From NCBI RefSeq assembly GCF_006345805.1, contig NC_042999.1, forward strand, positions 129,146,001-129,210,000: a stretch of 64,000 nt of DNA, read 5' to 3'. The notes below the pieces were generated by a model. It did not search any database, was not told the DNA's origin, and was given only the letters and a program-made list of their open reading frames with translations. This document shows, piece after piece, positions 27,691 to 39,672 of this stretch (positions within the stretch are counted from its first letter, which is position 1; every line of letters starts with the position of its first letter). The position numbers and the translations under genes were made by a program. This DNA comes from Octopus sinensis. Lineage: Eukaryota.

Positions 27691-28013
27691 AGTATGTGTA
27701 TGTACATGCAAGTGTGTGTCAGTATTTGGTTACAATTTGCAGTCATTTCTCTGAAAATTATGATGTACTAGTGGTCTTAACAAACCATCTGCTCACTTCA
27801 TACCTTCGAAGATATGTAAAATAAGAAATCTCTTAATTGAAAAACAAGTAAGTGTGAGTGAAAGGAAGGGTATCCAACTGTAAAAATAATGTCACAATAA
27901 CATATTTGTTTAACCTAAGCAAGCATGGAAAAAAATGGATGTAGAACAAAATGAACTGAATGCAAGATTGAGAAAACATAGGTACAAATTTTATCCCTGA
28001 AACAATGACTTGA

Positions 28014-28240
28014 ATCCTTTAGTATTTAACCAAGCCGTATCCAGCCAAAATATTCTACCTGTTTTATATTCAAACTGATTTGTGTCCAGCTTTTCACACG
28101 TACCCTATAATGTTACTGTAAAAATATACGATCACATCATTGAAATCTCAAAGCTATAAAATAATCCATATTTAATTCAAAATAGTGTGAATAAATAAGC
28201 ATTACATTTGACAAAGAAACCTGAATGCGAAAAGTAAAAA
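28014..28240. mobile_element. piggyBac-type MITE (decayed copy)
   Basis: Homologous to 61393-61613 (CCAGCCAAAATATTCTACCTGTTTTAT..GAAATCTCAAAGCT..ATTACATTTGACA). Confidence 0.7.
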
Positions 28241-29304
28241 GATGCTTTTAAGAATGATTCAACCTTCAAAGTGACATTAAATATGAAGTGAAAACATGAA
28301 ATCTTCTGGCAGATAAATTTCATCAAATACTTATAAGGATTTATATATATTATTAAATAACAGCACTACTGGCTTATTTTAATTAGGCACGAGCCCTCAA
28401 ATACATATATAGAGGGAAATAAGATGTTGGAAAATTCATTACCTTCTGAAGTGAAGTAAAATGAATTCAAGTATGAATCAAGATTAGTTAATGGAGATTT
28501 CCCTATCATGAACTTCTTATACAACTAATTACAGTAAAATTACTATTTCATATCAGCACAAGCATGGCTGTGTGGATATGGGGTTTGCTACATATTGTGC
28601 CCTACTTTTGACAATTAGTAAAATTAGTAGACAGAAACTGTGTGGAAGACCACTGAAAATGTGTATGTGTTTACTTCCATATACTTACAAAAATGGTGAT
28701 ATTTATTAACATCTCTGGTTAACAAATCATCTTATAACTAAGCACTTCCAAAGAGTGAAATAAAAGATCCATTACTTGAAAAACAGATAAGGGTTTGGAA
28801 CAGGAAGAGTATCCAATTATAAAACAATGCTATTCTATTCAAGTCATACTGACATAGCAAAACAGGCATAAAACATTTAATTTAGTAAAACCATGAGTAA
28901 TCCCATGTATAAAAGAAATTAGGAAATATATGAACTCATTCATTTTTACAAAAAAAAATTATGGGGCTTCAAATTATATAAAAAACTGTTTCGTTTGTGT
29001 TTTTATAGCCTGCTTTATTATCAAAGTGTTACAAAAGAAATTAATTTTATTCATAAAATAATTATAAGCCCTTGACAATAAAAGTAGGCAACAGATAGCA
29101 GCATAAATGGCTTAGTAGGCAAAATGCCTGACTATAGTTACATCCTTTTATGTTCAGAGCTCAAAACTCCACGGAAGTTGAATTTATCTTCATTTCTGCA
29201 GTGTTTGATAAAATAATACCTACCAAGTGCAGCGCTTGATTTTATCAACTACACTCCCCACAAAGAAAGGTTACTTGCTTATAGTAATTTTATAAATCAT
29301 AATT

Positions 29305-29710
29305 TAACGTGGCTGTGTGGTAAGAAGTTTGCTTCCCAACCACATGCTTCTGGGTTCAGTCCTACTGCGTGGTACCTTGCATAAGAGCCTTCTACCATAG
29401 CCTCAGACTGCCCAAAGACTTCTGAGTAGATTTGGTAGACGGAAACTGAAAGAAGACCATCGTATATATATATATATATATGAGTGTGTGTCTTTGTGTC
29501 TGTGTTTGTCCTCTCACCATCACTTGAAAACCCATGTTGGTGTCTTTATGTCCCTGTAACTTAGCGGTTCAACAAAAGAGACCAATAGGATATGCACAAG
29601 GGTTGTAAAGAATAAGCCCTGGAGTCAATTTCTTTGATTAAAAAATCTTTTAAGGTGCTGCTCCAGCATGGCCACAGTCAAATGACTGGAAGAAGTAAAA
29701 GAACAAAAGA
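29305..29710 (+). mobile_element. tRNA-derived SINE, type A, near complete
   Basis: GTGGCTGTGTGGTAAGAAGTTTGCTTCCCAACCAC..GGGTTCAGTCC..GATTTGGTAGACGGAAACTGAAAGAAG..CAAATGACTGGAAGAAGTAAAAG. Confidence 0.88.
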
Positions 29711-30105
29711 ATAAAAAATAAATCCCTAAAATAATACCAGCCTTAAAAAGATCTAATGTCAGTTGGAGTTCTTAACTCTAAAGCTCCTATTATTTTGACA
29801 TGAATGTGAAAGAAATTTAAAAATAAAAAAATAAACTCAGCTGTACACTTGAATTAAATGTCTGTCAAAGTCTGAAATACATTAAGAATGCTATTGATAC
29901 ACAATACCACAGGAATTGGCTTGTAGACATGGGAAGTGCACTGTTGGTGCAACAGGATTTGAGGATGAATGCTCCCTTTTTTTTTTTTTTATTTTTAGAG
30001 CAGTAGGTAGTGTCAATAAATGACTGCTAAAAGGCATAACACAGAAGCAACTAAGGAGATGCTTTACAGTTACCACCTGGGGTGCGAGACTTGACTAGCT
30101 TTTCT

Positions 30106-30271
30106 CTAACTGATACTTATGAGAACAATAGAACCTGTAGGAAGCCATAGTATCCAATTACAACAGGTGCTCCTCCTTCTCTTCAAGGACCAGTCTTGTT
30201 CCACATCAATAGGTTCATCCTTTATAGGGCCCTTTTGGCTAATGGCTGAGTCAGCAGGCATCCTACCCCCT
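30106..30271 (-). CDS. Candidate alternative terminal exon (K)GGRMPADSAISQKGPIKDEPIDVEQDWSLKRRRSTCCNWILWLPTGSIVLISIS*
   Basis: Long polypyrimidine tract (CTCTCTCTTGTTTTTATTTCTTTCTTTCTGTTGAAG); phase 2 is compatible with the 44042 donor; contains IKDE and KRRR motifs. Confidence 0.3.
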
Positions 30272-32019
30272 CTTCAACAGAAAGAAAGAAATAAAAACAA
30301 GAGAGAGACACCATTCATAAAATTCACCAGGTGGGGGCAAGCAGTGTCTATCAATAGGACTCTACCCAACCTGAATGTAAGAAAGCACTAACAATAACAG
30401 ACAGATACACACATGTATAAGATCAAGAGAAATATATTCTTTATTAAATCAAGCTTGACAAAAGCAACACAGATGTATTAGCAAAGCTATATTATAAAAT
30501 CTATTAACTTTAAAAAAAAAGAAAAAGGTTGAAATTGAATCAAGACTATAGACATTTTCATCAAACACCACCACCTGGCACTTGGATGCCTTTAGTGGAG
30601 TTTCCTATTTTGTAAGCATTCCAGCCTGTCTGAGGATAATCCATAATTGTGGTTATTTTCTCCTTTTCTCTCAGCAAATTTGATAGCCCAACAATTAAGC
30701 ATATGAGTGCTGCCTTTCCTCCTCTGAGATACGTGTATAAATACAATATCTTTATATCAGATGAAAAAAAACATACATATGTTTTTATGTGTTCATATAT
30801 GTTTATAATGTATGCAAGTGAGTCTATGTGCATTTATATATCTATACACTTTATTAAAAAGCAGCAAAAATATCACAAAAACTGTTACTCAGAGTTTCAT
30901 GTTCCCATTCATTGGACAGTTTTGTTTAGAATGGAGCAAGATAAAGTTATATGCAGAAATACAAATACTTTGATAGAAACACATTTGAAAATAGTTTTGT
31001 TTCATTGGTTCTTTCAACTAACAGTCTTTTCAATAACCGGTTGCATGAAATAACAAATTGCAGTTTAAAATCATATTATATAAATTGAAGAAAACCTTAA
31101 ATCAAAAATAGCTTATAATAAAGGAAAAGGCCTGAATACCCAGGGTAAATAAGTAGCTGAAAAAATAATAATAAATTAAAAGATATATCTGTTTAAAAAA
31201 ACTTTTCATGCTAAATTGCATATACATTTAACAATATATATACACATACCAAACAATCTATAATATACACATACATACTAACCATACAGGCGTAGGTACA
31301 TGGCGACATACATATACAGATATACAGACAAAACATAAATATATAAAAATGCATATACATGTATGCATGTACACACATGCACACGCACAAAATTTCCTGG
31401 TGTATCCTTACACAAGTTAGTTGTTACAGAAAGAAAAGGAAAAAATCTGAGAATAACAAGTGGGGGTGGGGAAGAAAGAAAAAAGGGGAAAAGAAGAAAA
31501 AATAAAAGAAAAAGAAACAGAAAATTAGAGAGAGAAAGGGAAGCAAATAGATGGAGGTAGAGAGAGTGAAATGATGGCATTCCAATAAGTATCCAACTAA
31601 AGTTAGATACTTCGTTCAGCTTGCGAAACATACACATACAAAAAGGAACACATAAAATTATATGTATAGTGAAATACACACACACACACATACACTGAAA
31701 ATTATTAGCACGCACACACATGATAGTTCATCACTCAAATCTGAAGACAACCATACAACTGCTGAAAAAAAAATAAAATAAGAGAGAAATAAAACAGAAG
31801 AGAAAGGTGCCTAAAGTTATGTTCATAAATTGAAGATTAATGAAAATGGTGACATCAACCATGCAGGGGATGTCATCATGAAATTACAAGGGTTTCAGCC
31901 TACATAACACCTATACACATGAAGCTACTTGTTCTCACACAATATTCTCAGTGACATGAAAACTGAAGATGTATATATATAAATATATATGCATATATAT
32001 AATATATATGCAGATATAT

Positions 32020-32575
32020 ATCATCATCATCATCTTCATCATTTAGCGTCCGCTTTCCATGCTAGCATGGGTTGGACGGTTCAACAGGGGTCTGTGAAGC
32101 CAGAAGGCTGCATCAGGTCCAGTCTGATCTGGCAGTGTTTCTACGGCTGGATGCCCTTCCTAACGCCAACCACTCCGTGAGTGTAGTGGGTGCTTTTTAC
32201 GTGCCACCTGCACAGGTGCCAGACGGAGCTGGCAAACGGCCACGATCGGATGGTGCTTTTTACGTTCCACCGGCATGGGGGCCAGGCGAGGCTGGCAACG
32301 GCCACGATTGGATGGTGCTTTTTACGTGCCACCGGCACTGGGGCCAGGCGAGGCTGGCAATGGCCACGAACGGATGGTGCTTATTACGTGCCACCGGCAC
32401 GGAGGCCAGTCGGGGCGGCGCTGGCAACGGCCACGATCGGATGGTTCGCTTACTTGTCACTGGCACTGGTATCACAGCTGCAATTTCCATTGATGTTGAT
32501 CGACTTTGATTTTGGTTCTGCTTTCTGATATCTGATTTGATTTGATTTTGATTTTCACTTGCCTCAACGGGTTTT
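32020..32575 (-). mobile_element. Young RTE/SINE tail element with a 62-bp internal tandem array (x4, 32195-32460)
   Basis: CpG-rich. Units such as GTGCCACCGGCACTGGGGCCAGGCGAGGCTGGCAATGGCCACGAACGGATGGTGCTTATTAC; (CAT)n tail at 32020-32042. Confidence 0.85.
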
Positions 32576-32634
32576 CACAAGTGTAGTTTTGTGTCCCAAG
32601 AAGGAAAGGTATGTATAAGTTGGTAATATATATA

Positions 32635-32870
32635 TATATATATTTCTTTACTATCCACAAGGGGCTAAACACAGAGGGGTCAAACAAGGACAGACAAAGG
32701 GATTAAGTCGATTACATCGACCCCAGTGCATAACTGGTACTTATTTAATCGACCCCGAAAGGATGAAAGGCAACGTCGACCGTGGCGGAATTTGAACCCG
32801 GAACGTAACGACAGACGAAATACGGCTACGCATTTCGCCCGGCGTGCTAACGTTTCTGCCAGTTCGCCGT
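32635..32870 (-). mobile_element. Young tRNA-derived SINE with intact Pol III A/B boxes
   Basis: Minus strand GGCGAACTGGCAGAAACGTTAGC (A box)..GGGTTCAAATTCCGCC (B box)..GTACCAGTTATGCACTGGGGTCGATGTAATCGAC. CpGs are retained. Confidence 0.88.
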
Positions 32871-32907
32871 AATATATATATATATGCATATATATATATT
32901 AGTATGC

Positions 32908-32961
<54 letters not shown>

Positions 32962-33034
32962 TCATCATTTAATGTCCGTTTTCCATATATATATGTATAT
33001 ATAATATATATGTGTGTATGTATAAATATATATG

Positions 33035-33053
33035 CATATATATATTAGTATGC

Positions 33054-33116
<63 letters not shown>

Positions 33117-34123
33117 ATATCATCATCATTTAATGTCCGTTTTCCATATATATATGTATATATAATATATATATATATGTGTGTATGTATAAATATATAT
33201 GCATATATATATATATATATTCATATATATTTTACATATTAAAACTGAAAATGTATGTGTGTGTGTGTGCGTGTGTGCATGTGGCCTCGTTTTGCGCCAA
33301 AACAGCTCAACCGATTTATCTTAAACTTCACATGCACATTGCTTATGTGCCTAGGGAGGTTTTAAGTATAAATTAACTTCGAAAAAATGTCCAGGTAAAC
33401 AGTAGGAGGAATAAGATTTAGGCGTGAGTGAACAGTGGGAGTAATTATTTGTAAGCTTCCAAGGGATATAACCCATTCCCTCCTGGAAATAACCACGAAG
33501 GGAAATAACCCATTCATTTTCAGTATGCTTATTTCTTAGTATTTGAACTATTTTAGTTATTTTCTCAATTTATCCAATACAACACTTAAACAAGTAAATA
33601 GCATTCTCCTAAACAATAGGTCCACTTATTTTGGTTAGTAACTTATTCATGAATATACCAACACTAGTGGTGCTGAGGGTAATATTCTCTGGGAATGCAC
33701 AAAAGCTTTTTCTCACAGTTAATTACTTTGAATTGTTATTATCTCATATCTGATGAGCCTGTTATTACATAACACGTTTCACGATTTTAGTATACATACC
33801 TTAGTATTTCCTCCTAAAATTATAAGGCCTTTTTCAGGGCTACTTTATTTGAATTCTTCCTATAGGGAAATTAATTTCATGTTAATACATAAACTGACTT
33901 CCCAATTTGGATAATCACAACTTACTGGGAATTCCTAAAATCAAGAACCTTTGTAAGACAGTTCTCAATAAATACACAAAAACCATTTTAAGGGCTACAT
34001 ACTTTGTATTGTTGTAACTGGATTAACTAAACAATTATGAGAATGAAACCAAGGGATAAGCCCGCTTTCCCGGGTATGTCAGCTACTATATATATATATA
34101 TATGCATATATATATTAGTATGC

Positions 34124-34169
<46 letters not shown>

Positions 34170-35138
34170 TATATATATCATCATCATTTAATGTCCGTTT
34201 TCCATATATATATGTATATATAATATATATGTGTGTATGTATAAATATATATGCATATATATATATATATATTCATATATATTTTACATATTAAAACTGA
34301 AAATGTATGTGTGTGTGTGTGCGTGTGTGCATGTGGCCTCGTTTTGCGCCAAAACAGCTCAACCGATTTATCTTAAACTTCACATGCACATTGCTTATGT
34401 GCCTAGGGAGGTTTTAAGTATAAATTAACTTCGAAAAAATGTCCAGGTAAACAGTAGGAGGAATAAGATTTAGGCGTGAGTGAACAGTGGGAGTAATTAT
34501 TTGTAAGCTTCCAAGGGATATAACCCATTCCCTCCTGGAAATAACCACGAAGGGAAATAACCCATTCATTTTCAGTATGCTTATTTCTTAGTATTTGAAC
34601 TATTTTAGTTATTTTCTCAATTTATCCAATACAACACTTAAACAAGTAAATAGCATTCTCCTAAACAATAGGTCCACTTATTTTGGTTAGTAACTTATTC
34701 ATGAATATACCAACACTAGTGGTGCTGAGGGTAATATTCTCTGGGAATGCACAAAAGCTTTTTCTCACAGTTAATTACTTTGAATTGTTATTATCTCATA
34801 TCTGATGAGCCTGTTATTACATAACACGTTTCACGATTTTAGTATACATACCTTAGTATTTCCTCCTAAAATTATAAGGCCTTTTTCAGGGCTACTTTAT
34901 TTGAATTCTTCCTATAGGGAAATTAATTTCATGTTAATACATAAACTGACTTCCCAATTTGGATAATCACAACTTACTGGGAATTCCTAAAATCAAGAAC
35001 CTTTGTAAGACAGTTCTCAATAAATACACAAAAACCATTTTAAGGGCTACATACTTTGTATTGTTGTAACTGGATTAACTAAACAATTATGAGAATGAAA
35101 CCAAGGGATAAGCCCGCTTTCCCGGGTATGTCAGCTAC
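33035..35138 (+). repeat. 1052-bp direct tandem duplication carrying a Helitron-like non-autonomous element (33232-34086, 34284-35138)
   Basis: AAAACTGAAAATG at 33241 and 34293; AGCTAC ends at 34086 and 35138. The 3' end has a hairpin GCCCG-CTTTCC-CGGGT then ATGTCAGCTAC (CTAG-like). The 5' part has (GT)n and CAAAACAGCTCAACCGATTT. Confidence 0.85.
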
Positions 35139-35155
35139 TATATATATATATATAT

Positions 35156-36335
35156 GAGTCGCCATGATAGATCGGTATCCACTACGCACATTTTTTTCGT
35201 TGGCCTTCCTTTGATATTGCTGCACCTCTTATGTGTCCATACCTTACACTGGGTGCATCTTATAGAGTTTCTAGCTACGCCTTTTTTACAGATCAAGCAG
35301 GGCCATCTACCTGAAAGGATATGTGGTTTGTCTGCCTTTCTACTTATTAGGACTTTAGTTTTAGCTAGGTTGACTCTAAGGCCCTTCGATTCTAATCCTT
35401 GCTTCCACACCTGAAACTTCTCTAGTTCTGATAGTGACTCAGCAATTAGAGCAAGGTCATCAGCATAGAGGAGCTCCCAGGGGCAACCTGTCTTGAATTC
35501 CTCTGTTATTGCTTGGAGGACTATGATAAATAGGAGGGGAGTGAGGACTGAACCTTGGTGGACCTCTACCCAGAATTCTTCACTGTACTCGTTGCCAACC
35601 CTCACCTTACTGACAGTGTCCCTGTACATAGCTCACACAGCTCTCACTAACCATTCATCTATCCCTAGTTTCCTCATTGACCACCAGATAAGGGATCGGG
35701 GGACCCTGTCAAAGGCTTTCTCCATGTCAATGAAAGCCAGGTACAGAGGTTTATCTTTGGCTTGGTATTTCTCCTGCAGCTGTCTTACCAGAAATATAGC
35801 ATCAGTGATGCTTTTCCCTGGAACGAACCTGAACTGCTTCTCATCGAAACTGACTCTCTCCCTAATTAGTTGGGCTATGACCCTCTCTGTGACTTTCATT
35901 ACCTGATCTAACAACTTGATACCTCTGTAATTATTTGTATCTAAAGCATCACCTTTACTTTTGTAGCAGTTGACTATAGTGCTGCTACACCAATCATTGG
36001 GTATGACTCCTTCATGTATCACCTGGTTAACTATACGGGTGACTAGGCTATAGCTGACACCACCAAATATTTTGAGCATCTCTGTGGTCATTCCTGATGG
36101 GCCAGGGGCTTTCCCTGTATTCATACTCTTAATTGCTTTATCTACCAAGGTACTGTCAATTCAGATAGCTGGTCCCTCTGTTGGGTCGACATTCAGCAGA
36201 CTCTCTTTCTCCCATTCATTCTCTTTATTGAGCAACCTTTCATAGTGGTGTCTCCAAACCTCTCTCTTTGCAGCCTCGTTTAGTACAAGTGAACCATCAC
36301 CCATGCGGAGACATTTCTCTCCTACGACATCACAA
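35156..36335 (-). pseudogene. RTE-clade LINE reverse transcriptase fragment, truncated at both ends
   Basis: One frame with two TGA stops: ..KAPGPSG..KGDALDTNNYRGIKLLDQVMKV..QFRFVPGKSITDAIFLVRQLQEK..AFIDMEKAFDRVPR..HQGSVLTPLLF..LLYADDL.. then CLICKKGVARNSIRCTQCKVWTHKRC. Confidence 0.95.
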
Positions 36336-36374
36336 TTCTTGCAACATTATTACAATAGTGAGCAGACGGATTCT

Positions 36375-36560
36375 TTATAGCATAGCAGGCAAAATAATGC
36401 TATGTAGCAGCATTTTGTCTGTCTTTATTTTCTGAGTTCAAATTTCACTTGTAATCCTTTCAGGGTTGATAAAATAGTACCAGTTGATCACTGGGGTCAA
36501 TGTAATAGATGTAACACCTCCACCAAATTTGCTGGCCTTATCCCAAAATTTGAAACCATT
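36375..36560 (+). mobile_element. tRNA-derived SINE, second head family
   Basis: GAGTTCAAATTTC..CCTTTCAGGGTTGATAAAATAGTACCAGTTGATCACTGGGGTCAATGTAAT. Confidence 0.72.
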
Positions 36561-36936
36561 AACATTATTATTATTATCATTATTGAACCATTATTAAACT
36601 CATCAACACTGTATGAGTAATAATAGCTTGATTGCATTTGAGCTGTAAATAAAACATAAGGAAGATTTGTTACAAATGATTTCCTCTTTATTTAATGAAC
36701 AAGTAACAGGAAATGCTTCATTTTTTTTAAATAAACATTTAACATTTAAATCTATTTTCTATAAAGTATCTTTTATGAAATTTAATTATCTTTATTCAAA
36801 ATAAATTTATAAAAAAACATTTTTAAATGGCATCTGAATCAATCAGATATTTGACCATTTACAAGTTCATGGCACAATGAAGACTTAAACATATTTCTAA
36901 AATTCTTTTCAAAGAAAACAAAGCAATAGCCTAGAA

Positions 36937-37168
36937 CAATGGTCCTCAATCATTTTTTTACCTTTGATTCCTATTTTACTCTACCAGACCCTATGTTAAA
37001 AAAAAAGCTATTATATTTTTTTATATCAAATATTATTAGGAATTGTATTTAAAAAATAGTTAAAATACCTGTGTATTGTAGAAGTGTAAACAAATTATTG
37101 CTCATAAATTTTAACAAAAGCTTATATGAATCCCAAAAGGTCATATGGACCCCAGTTGAGAATCTTTA
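36937..37168. mobile_element. hAT-type MITE
   Basis: Termini CAATGGTCCTCAATC / GTTGAGAATCTTTA; perfect 8-bp TSD GCCTAGAA at 36929-36936 and 37169-37176. Confidence 0.82.
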
Positions 37169-37560
37169 GCCTAGAAGATGTCTGTGAGAATGGAATTAAC
37201 TTCATAACAATGTGTCTTTCTGTGAAGAGATTTATTTGTTCTTAGCCAATTTGCACACATCACCTAGTTCTTCATTTCAATCATATTCATTGACAAATTT
37301 GAAAGCAGAGACAAGCAGTCCAATGAAGAGAGCCACATGTCTCCCAATACTATATGAAAAATAATAACCCAATCAGCCGAGACATCTATTTAAAAAAAGT
37401 AAAATGAGAAGCCATTTACAATCTGATATCAAAATATCATATTTATAACAGCTTTAACTATAAACCCATTAACTCAGATATAAATTGCTTGTGTTAGAAG
37501 AATATGTACAATCTTATGCAAACAATAAAGTTTTACCACTATCACAGATTATTTTAGCTA

Positions 37561-38130
37561 ATGGACCAGTTACATGACACAGGCATCGGCCACAACTACA
37601 ATCTCACTTGGTTTGACGTCACTGGCGACATCACTTGTGATGTCAAGCCAAGTGAGGTTCGTAGTTGTGGCTGATGCCAGTGTCACGTAACTGGCCCATG
37701 AAAAGCACCCTTCAATTGTTGGGCAATATGCAGTGCTTGTGAAGACCTGTCAAACCAAGTGAAATCATAGTTGTGACTGATGCCAGTACCATTTAACTGG
37801 TACATAAAAAAGCACTGTTCAAGCATTAGGCCTCGTGGAGGCAGTGACAGGTGACCAAGACTTCTGGTGATATACTGTGCTTGTGTAGACCTGTCAAGTC
37901 AAGTGAGACCATAGTCATGACCGATGCTGGTGTCAGGTTAATGGCACCCATGCCTGTGGCACATAAAAAGCACCCACTACACTCTTGGAGTGGTTGGCAT
38001 TAAGAAGGGCATCCAGCCATAAAAACCATGCTAAATCAGATTGGAACTTGGTCCCCCACCGAGGCTTACCAGTTTTCAGTCAAACCATCCAACCCATGCC
38101 AGCATGGAGAGCAGACGTTAAATGATGATG
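37561..38130 (+). mobile_element. Type C SINE/RTE-tail element with three tandem modules and an inverted 5' segment
   Basis: Modules GTCAAGCCAAGTGAG..TAGT.GTG.C.GATGC at 37642, 37750 and 37893; tail ..GGCACATAAAAAGCACCC..GTTAAATGATGATG; 37561-37622 is an inverted module copy. Confidence 0.85.
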
Positions 38131-38389
38131 AGTCTATGAGCCACTTTTTGGCTTATGTACATTATTTTGGCTAGTTGAGGACTAGCAATCTGTGAGCCAT
38201 TTATTGACTATTTGAAGACAACACACATTGTTTCTCTCTCCTTCACTTTGCTGTCACTAGCAGCCATTGGTAAGCTGTCTCTTTTTACTTTACTATCAGG
38301 TTTGGCTTATACTAGAAGTTAATGTAGGCTTTGAATAAGCCTCTACAGAAGAATTTCTATCAATTTAAGATGTGTTATCTATCTCTATT

Positions 38390-38503
38390 AGAAGACACTT
38401 GGGGAAGTGTCTTCTACTATAGCCTTGGGCCAACCAAAGCCTTGGGAGTGGATTTGGTAGACAGAAACTTAAAGAAGTCCATCATATATGTATGTATATG
38501 TGT

Positions 38504-38541
<38 letters not shown>

Positions 38542-38740
38542 TTGTGTGTGTGTTTGTATATTTGTACCCCCACTATCACTTGACTACCAATGTTGGTGTG
38601 TTTACATCCCCGTAACTTAGTGGTTCAGCAATAGAGACCAATAGAAAAAGTACTAGGTTTACAAAGAACAAGTCCTATTCGTTCGACTAAAGGTGGTGCT
38701 CCAGCATGGCTGCAGTCAAATGACTGAAACAAGTAAAAGA
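38390..38740 (+). mobile_element. tRNA-derived SINE, type A (5' truncated)
   Basis: CTTGGGGAAGTGTCTTCTACTATAGCC..GTGGATTTGGTAGACAG..CAAATGACTGAAACAAGTAAAAGA. Confidence 0.82.
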
Positions 38741-39633
38741 ATAATCTACCAGTACACATTTTAATTTTACAAAACAAAACTGAACATTTATAAACACTAT
38801 TTCCCAACAGATTATTCTTGAAATCATAGATATGCTCCAAAAGACTTTTTTTTTACACCACACGTTATCTAACAAACTTACATTTGAACATGCTTACAAA
38901 CACTTTTTTTAAATACTACCTTGATTAATGTTGTAAATTATGACCTGTTATATACTTGACTGAATGAATTTTGTCCTATTTCAAATCTACAATCACAAAT
39001 TATATGCTGTTTGACATTGCACTATTCTACCAACAAGATTGAAAAGTAAAAATTTATCAATAAACCATTATTGCTTTATACTCTCTGCAATCACCTTTTA
39101 ATTTCCTACAAATGTATATATGAAGAAAGTATTTATTTACCAATTAGTGATAATAAGAGAGCTTAAAGAAAAGGAGGAGCCAGTCAGTATTTTTCTATGC
39201 TGATATTGTTTCAATAGGTCTGCATGCAATACAGCACTTTTAGACACCTCCATGAAACTCAATGTTCACAGATTTGTCCTAACACCTCTCCTCGAGCATT
39301 TCATACACACATTTTCCAATACCAACTCATGACAAATTCACTTACTATGTACCTCTTATATACATTATATGTTCAGGCTAACAATGTTGTCACTCATACT
39401 AATATCTTTTATGATTAATGACTTCCTCAAATCACTTGTACTGACATTATTACATAAGTTAATATTCCACATCACACTCAGTTCCTTCCAATTTAAATAC
39501 TAATATATATCTATGATTCACTGCTATATAGCATTGCTTTCTTCCTTATACATGCTGTACAGTCTAATTTCAATGACAGATGGATTTGCTTCCCAAAAAA
39601 GGTTGTGGTTCTTCAAACTTCTACTCTAAATTT

Positions 39634-39672
<39 letters not shown>

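Noticed and set aside
32072-32528. Repetitive ORFs and a regularly spaced array resembling CRISPR or a repeat protein
   Set aside because: These are contiguous 62-bp tandem units without unique spacers inside a retroelement tail, in a eukaryote with no cas genes.
32780-32870. tRNA gene
   Set aside because: A and B boxes are present, but the sequence continues into a SINE core with no full cloverleaf, so it is a SINE head.
33748-33790. CTGATGAG followed by a hairpin (also ~34800) as a hammerhead ribozyme
   Set aside because: The hairpin is followed by TTTC, not GAAA, so the core is incomplete.
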